Below are positions 26,051-29,252 of a DNA stretch of 29,252 bases, piece after piece. Source of the DNA: Saprospiraceae bacterium (GTDB lineage: Bacteria > Bacteroidota > Bacteroidia > Chitinophagales > Saprospiraceae); NCBI GenBank assembly GCA_020850025.1, contig JADZFI010000045.1, forward strand, positions 1 through 29,252, given 5' to 3'. Every line of letters starts with the position of its first letter. The first letter of the stretch is position 1. Made by a program: the position numbers and the translations under genes. The notes under the pieces were generated by a model. The model ran no database searches, was not told where the DNA came from, and was given only the letters and a program-made list of their open reading frames with translations.

Positions 26051-26065
26051 GTCGTCCGTCGTTAC
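26024..26065 (-). repeat. Right heptamer arm of the four-helix-bundle cassette
   Basis: Plus strand TCGTACA TCGTAAG TCGTCCG TCGTAAG TCGTCCG TCGTTAC, the reverse complement of left-arm-type units. It contains the stop codons of both adjacent genes (26048-26050 and 26062-26064). Confidence 0.9.
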
Positions 26066-27588
26066 TTTCCATTCCAGATCCTCATCTGAAGCGATTGCAA
26101 CACCATATCCCAAAGAACTTCGTAGGGGACAATTTCAATTTCATGAGCCTGGCTGGCTGAGTCGAGAGGTACCGTTCTGAGCTGCTTGTAATATCGTTCT
26201 GCTTTTCTGCTGGAGGCTTCCCGGTGGAAATTGGCCTGTGGCACCTGAAGCAGCATTTTGATGAAGCAATTGCTTCGGAAGGTGGCATCGCCTTTCAGGT
26301 AACGGCTGCAGTATTTTTCGATGCCTTCAATTCGTTCGGAGGATTTTTTGTAATCTTTTTCTGCAATAGCGTACAGGATTTGAGCAATGAGAACACTGAT
26401 ATTCATTCCGCTGCGGTCTTTGGCGAACAAGTTGATTTCGTTGATGAACTTGCCCATCTTGAACCGCCTTGATCGTTCGCTGAGGATATTATCCGGTATT
26501 TTGCCTATTTTTATCAGGTAGAAGATGTAAGCCTGGAAGATGCGCCACATTTCAACAATCTGGATTTGCTTCTCCTCAAATTTCGGGTAATTGGTTACCT
26601 TCTCATGCAGATGGTAGGCTTCCTCCCAGTGTTGGGTGCGCATGGCTAGCAGGAAAAACAATTCCTGTAATTTGAACCAGTTAAAGGAGCCTTCCTCAAA
26701 GAAGTATTCGCAACGCTCAATGGCTTTTTGCCCTTTCTCGAATTCGCCCAGCTGGAGGTAGCAAACAATCAGGTTGTAGTAAAAAACCTGTAGTGGCAAA
26801 CCGCTGTCGTAATCCTTTTTGTCAAAAAAGGCAATGGCTTCCTCACAAAGTTTGGCGGTATTGACGTAATCGTTGATGCTGTTGTAGATCAGCAAGTGCA
26901 CCATTCGGCCGAAAAGATGCAGTTTGAAGGAAGAACAGACGGCCATGAATGGCTTTAGCTCTGCATAAAACTCCTCCGCCTGCTGGGTTACTTCTTCTTT
27001 GGTGGCTTTGCTGTTGGTGTATTGCGCCATCAGTTCAGAGTAAAAAAACTCCGCCTTGCTTTCCATTTGCCAAATCTTCTCGTATTCGACATACTGCGCT
27101 TTAACCTCCTCATATTTGTCGAGATCACCGTCAACTGTGCTGTATTGTAGCCGTAAAACCCTCAGGATATCCAGAGTAAGCTCCGTAAATTCAAAATGCT
27201 TGGCATGCCTGAGCAAACGTTCCAGCACATCAATGCCGGTGATTTTGGCATTCCGTATCAGCAGGGTCATGGCTGCCGACCACTTTTTGTAACACTCAAA
27301 AAATGCTTTTTGCCGGTTGGTAAAGTTGGCGTCCTTAAAATCCAGCAGGAAAATGGCGTCGAGGAGTCGTTCCTTCAACTTATTTTTCAAGCTGGTAAGG
27401 TTCACATCGTCGCCGCCGCTTTTTTTGAACAAAGCTTTGGCATCTTCGTCCGTTTCTATTTTTTTATCAAGTAGGGCGTTAAAAAGGACCTCCATCTTTG
27501 AGTCAGGCTCAATGATGAATTTCAAAATTCCGCTTCCTTTTAACTTGGTCTTATTGACCAATCCCACAAGTTCCACGAGATCACGCAT
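26062..27588 (-). CDS. Hypothetical cytoplasmic all-alpha protein with TPR-like helices
   Basis: Long ORF with normal protein composition, likely start MRDLVE at 27588 (track start 27624); no signal peptide or TM; TPR-like FYYNLIVCYLQLGEFEKGQKAIERC. Confidence 0.8.
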   Translation of the reverse strand: MRDLVELVGLVNKTKLKGSGILKFIIEPDSKMEVLFNALLDKKIETDEDAKALFKKSGGDDVNLTSLKNKLKERLLDAIFLLDFKDANFTNRQKAFFECYKKWSAAMTLLIRNAKITGIDVLERLLRHAKHFEFTELTLDILRVLRLQYSTVDGDLDKYEEVKAQYVEYEKIWQMESKAEFFYSELMAQYTNSKATKEEVTQQAEEFYAELKPFMAVCSSFKLHLFGRMVHLLIYNSINDYVNTAKLCEEAIAFFDKKDYDSGLPLQVFYYNLIVCYLQLGEFEKGQKAIERCEYFFEEGSFNWFKLQELFFLLAMRTQHWEEAYHLHEKVTNYPKFEEKQIQIVEMWRIFQAYIFYLIKIGKIPDNILSERSRRFKMGKFINEINLFAKDRSGMNISVLIAQILYAIAEKDYKKSSERIEGIEKYCSRYLKGDATFRSNCFIKMLLQVPQANFHREASSRKAERYYKQLRTVPLDSASQAHEIEIVPYEVLWDMVLQSLQMRIWNGK

Positions 27589-27833
27589 AGGCCTGGAGTA
27601 ATTGATTATAAACAAATAAGGCACAAAGAGGTGGCTGTTGCTGTGTTTGTTGTTTCAGCATCAGGAACCTTGTTGGGCCCAGTGGACCCTAAATCGGATG
27701 GGAATAAAAAACGGGGTGAAGAAGAAAACGGGAATTTAAAAGGTTGCTCTTTTCCGTTTCATCATACTACCGAAGGCCGGATTAAAATGCATACGGGATG
27801 CAATAAAAAGTTCGGATTATGTAAATCTAGCCA

Positions 27834-27866
27834 CAAAGGTACTTTTTCTCTTTAAAAGTGTTCCAA
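27834..27866 (-). promoter_or_regulatory. Candidate Bacteroidota sigma-70 promoter for the hypothetical/cyclase genes
   Basis: Minus-strand TACCTTTG at 27841-27834 matches TAnnTTTG; TTG at 27866-27864 has a slightly long 22-nt spacer; implies a leader of about 240 nt. Confidence 0.4.
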
Positions 27867-27952
27867 CTTTATGCCAACGTCTTTTAAACGTCAGCAAGAA
27901 TACAATTAACGGCGTGAAATGACGTTGAAGCGGTCGTATTGTTAAAAAATTA

Positions 27953-29143
27953 TTATAGAAAACTGAGCGTCGGGAAGCTGTTTTTCAAAATTTTTTGGTC
28001 ATCTGCTCCCAACCACTGCCGAAGCAAAGTTGCATAAACTTGCCGAAAGTCAACAAAAAATTTTAAATCCCCATCCTGAAGGTCGCCTAAATCCGGCATC
28101 GCATTGAGTAGTCCCTTCTCCCGAAGGCTGCCACCAAGAAATAGCATGCAATTGGCCGTACCATGATCGGTGCCTCCGGAAGCATTCTGCGCCACCCTTC
28201 TGCCAAACTCGGAGAAGGTTACAACCAGCACCTCGTTCCACTTGCCATTGGCTTTCATATCGGCTGCAAAAGACAAAAGCGCATCGTTCAGCTCCTGAAA
28301 CAGGCGCTTCTGCTGTCCATCCTGATTGATATGGGTGTCAAAACTTCCCAGTGAAGCGTAATATACAGAGGTGTCGGTATCTGCCAGAATCAGGGAGGCG
28401 ATGGTTTTGAGATCCTTGCCAAGGCCGGTGGCAGGGTAGGTGACCGTGCTGGGGCGCTTTTTACTCTGCTCAAATAAATAATCGGCTGAGGACAAAGTTT
28501 CGGCCATGGTTTTATACAGGTAGTCCACGGGCGCTTCATCACTTTCCGACTTGCCCCTTGCCGCACTATAGGCAGAGAAATACGGACTCCGCGTACTCTC
28601 ATGCAGCCGCCTGGCATCCTGAAATGCGAGTCCTTTGGCGTTTTCTCCCTTGAGCGCCAGACTTAAAGTATCGTCCAGCTCCAGCCCCGCAGCCGGCCGA
28701 CCGGCACAGTGGGCATCCAGATAGCGCCCCAGCCAGCCCGTTTCCCAGTAGGCATCAGAAGGGCTGCCGCTGTGCCAAATGTCCATGCTACGGAAATGAG
28801 AGCGGTCGGGATTGGGATACCCCACACTGTTTAGCACTGCCATGGCGCCATCGTCCCATAGCGACTTAAGGCCGCTCAAGGTTGGATGTATGCCGGCCTC
28901 GTCCGTGAGCCTGAGGGCTTTGTCCGGCTTGATGGCCAGGCGCGGTCTTTCCCGGTAGTACACATCATTGCGTAAGGGAATAATGGTATTTAACCCGTCA
29001 TTTCCACCACTCAACTGAATGATAACCAGCTTGCGACCATTCACCGGCATTGCCCCGGGCGTTTCCAGGGCTTTGAGGAACTGTGGCATCATCAGGGCTG
29101 CCGTTGCCAGAGAGCCAGACTTGAGAAAATCGCGACGAAACAT
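27953..29143 (-). CDS. DUF1501-domain protein with twin-arginine (Tat) signal
   Basis: Likely start MFRRDFLK at 29143; the track extension to 29203 runs through the repeat arm. Motifs LVIIQLSGGNDGLNT, GYPNPDRSHFRSMDIW, GWLGR, GSFDTH..Q, SEFGRRVAQNASGGTDHG, VDFRQVYATLL..WLG. Confidence 0.92.
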   Translation of the reverse strand: MFRRDFLKSGSLATAALMMPQFLKALETPGAMPVNGRKLVIIQLSGGNDGLNTIIPLRNDVYYRERPRLAIKPDKALRLTDEAGIHPTLSGLKSLWDDGAMAVLNSVGYPNPDRSHFRSMDIWHSGSPSDAYWETGWLGRYLDAHCAGRPAAGLELDDTLSLALKGENAKGLAFQDARRLHESTRSPYFSAYSAARGKSESDEAPVDYLYKTMAETLSSADYLFEQSKKRPSTVTYPATGLGKDLKTIASLILADTDTSVYYASLGSFDTHINQDGQQKRLFQELNDALLSFAADMKANGKWNEVLVVTFSEFGRRVAQNASGGTDHGTANCMLFLGGSLREKGLLNAMPDLGDLQDGDLKFFVDFRQVYATLLRQWLGADDQKILKNSFPTLSFL

Positions 29144-29151
29144 GATTGAGA

Positions 29152-29200
29152 GTGTTTGAGTGTTTGGGTGTTTGAGTGTTCGAGTTGGCGTTCGGCTGGG
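29152..29200 (+). repeat. Second octamer-family arm, just upstream of the DUF1501 start
   Basis: GTGTTTGA GTGTTTGG GTGTTTGA GTGTTCGA followed by GTTGGCGTTCGGC, which matches the inner arm of the element at 20215-20356. Confidence 0.88.
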
Positions 29201-29252
29201 CATTTGGGGTAGTCATGAAATAAACTAACCTGTTTCACAAAGGGCGTAAGCA

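Larger units (their letters stand above)
25567..26065. mobile_element. Putative cassette: four-helix-bundle gene with its own promoter, bracketed by inverted NNNACGA heptamer arms
   Basis: Complementary arrays at both ends; cargo gene antisense to both neighbours and AT-richer (hand counts 26/60 and 20/60 G+C in two lines). Mobility is inferred; no transposase or target-site duplication was recognised. Confidence 0.5.

Noticed and set aside
27631-27855. 74-aa plus-strand ORF between the hypothetical and DUF1501 genes
   Set aside because: GTG start, no motif, and overlaps the candidate minus-strand promoter.
11157-29200. Arrays as CRISPR repeats
   Set aside because: Units are 7-8 nt and contiguous, with no unique spacers and no cas genes.
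29144-29216. DUF1501 extension to 29203 and the small ORF 28998-29216
   Set aside because: Both translate the octamer array; the Tat signal MFRRDFLK marks the real start at 29143.
29217-29252. Possible 3' end of an upstream DUF1800 gene
   Set aside because: DUF1800 usually precedes DUF1501, but the few visible codons show no recognisable motif.

Overview
Bacteroidota chromosomal window of about 50% GC; the T9SS cargo and gene content suggest Saprospirales, which is an inference. Left half (3-15984): a complete candidate beta-1,2-glucan polysaccharide utilisation locus. It comprises a 5'-truncated Y_Y_Y/LuxR membrane sensor-regulator, a T9SS-secreted Fn3-GH144-like glucanase, a non-catalytic T9SS protein with six tandem CBM-like modules, a GH144-like enzyme fused to a serine esterase, a GH3 beta-glucosidase, SusC and SusD. 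Right half: a DUF4382 lipoprotein, a TonB-dependent receptor, a T9SS beta-helix/SprB-repeat protein, a TPR membrane adenylate cyclase with a variant catalytic motif, a four-helix-bundle (TIGR02436-like) gene, a helical hypothetical protein and a Tat-exported DUF1501 protein. The most unusual signal is non-coding. Eight intergenic sites carry degenerate 7-mer (consensus NNNACGN) or 8-mer (GTGTTYGR) tandem arrays. Five of these sites are inverted arm pairs, six begin at or within 2 nt of the upstream stop codon, and one pair encloses a whole AT-richer four-helix-bundle gene with its own promoter. This looks like a REP/IVS-like element family with 'empty' and 'cargo-loaded' forms. All assignments are from motif reading by eye; no searches were run.
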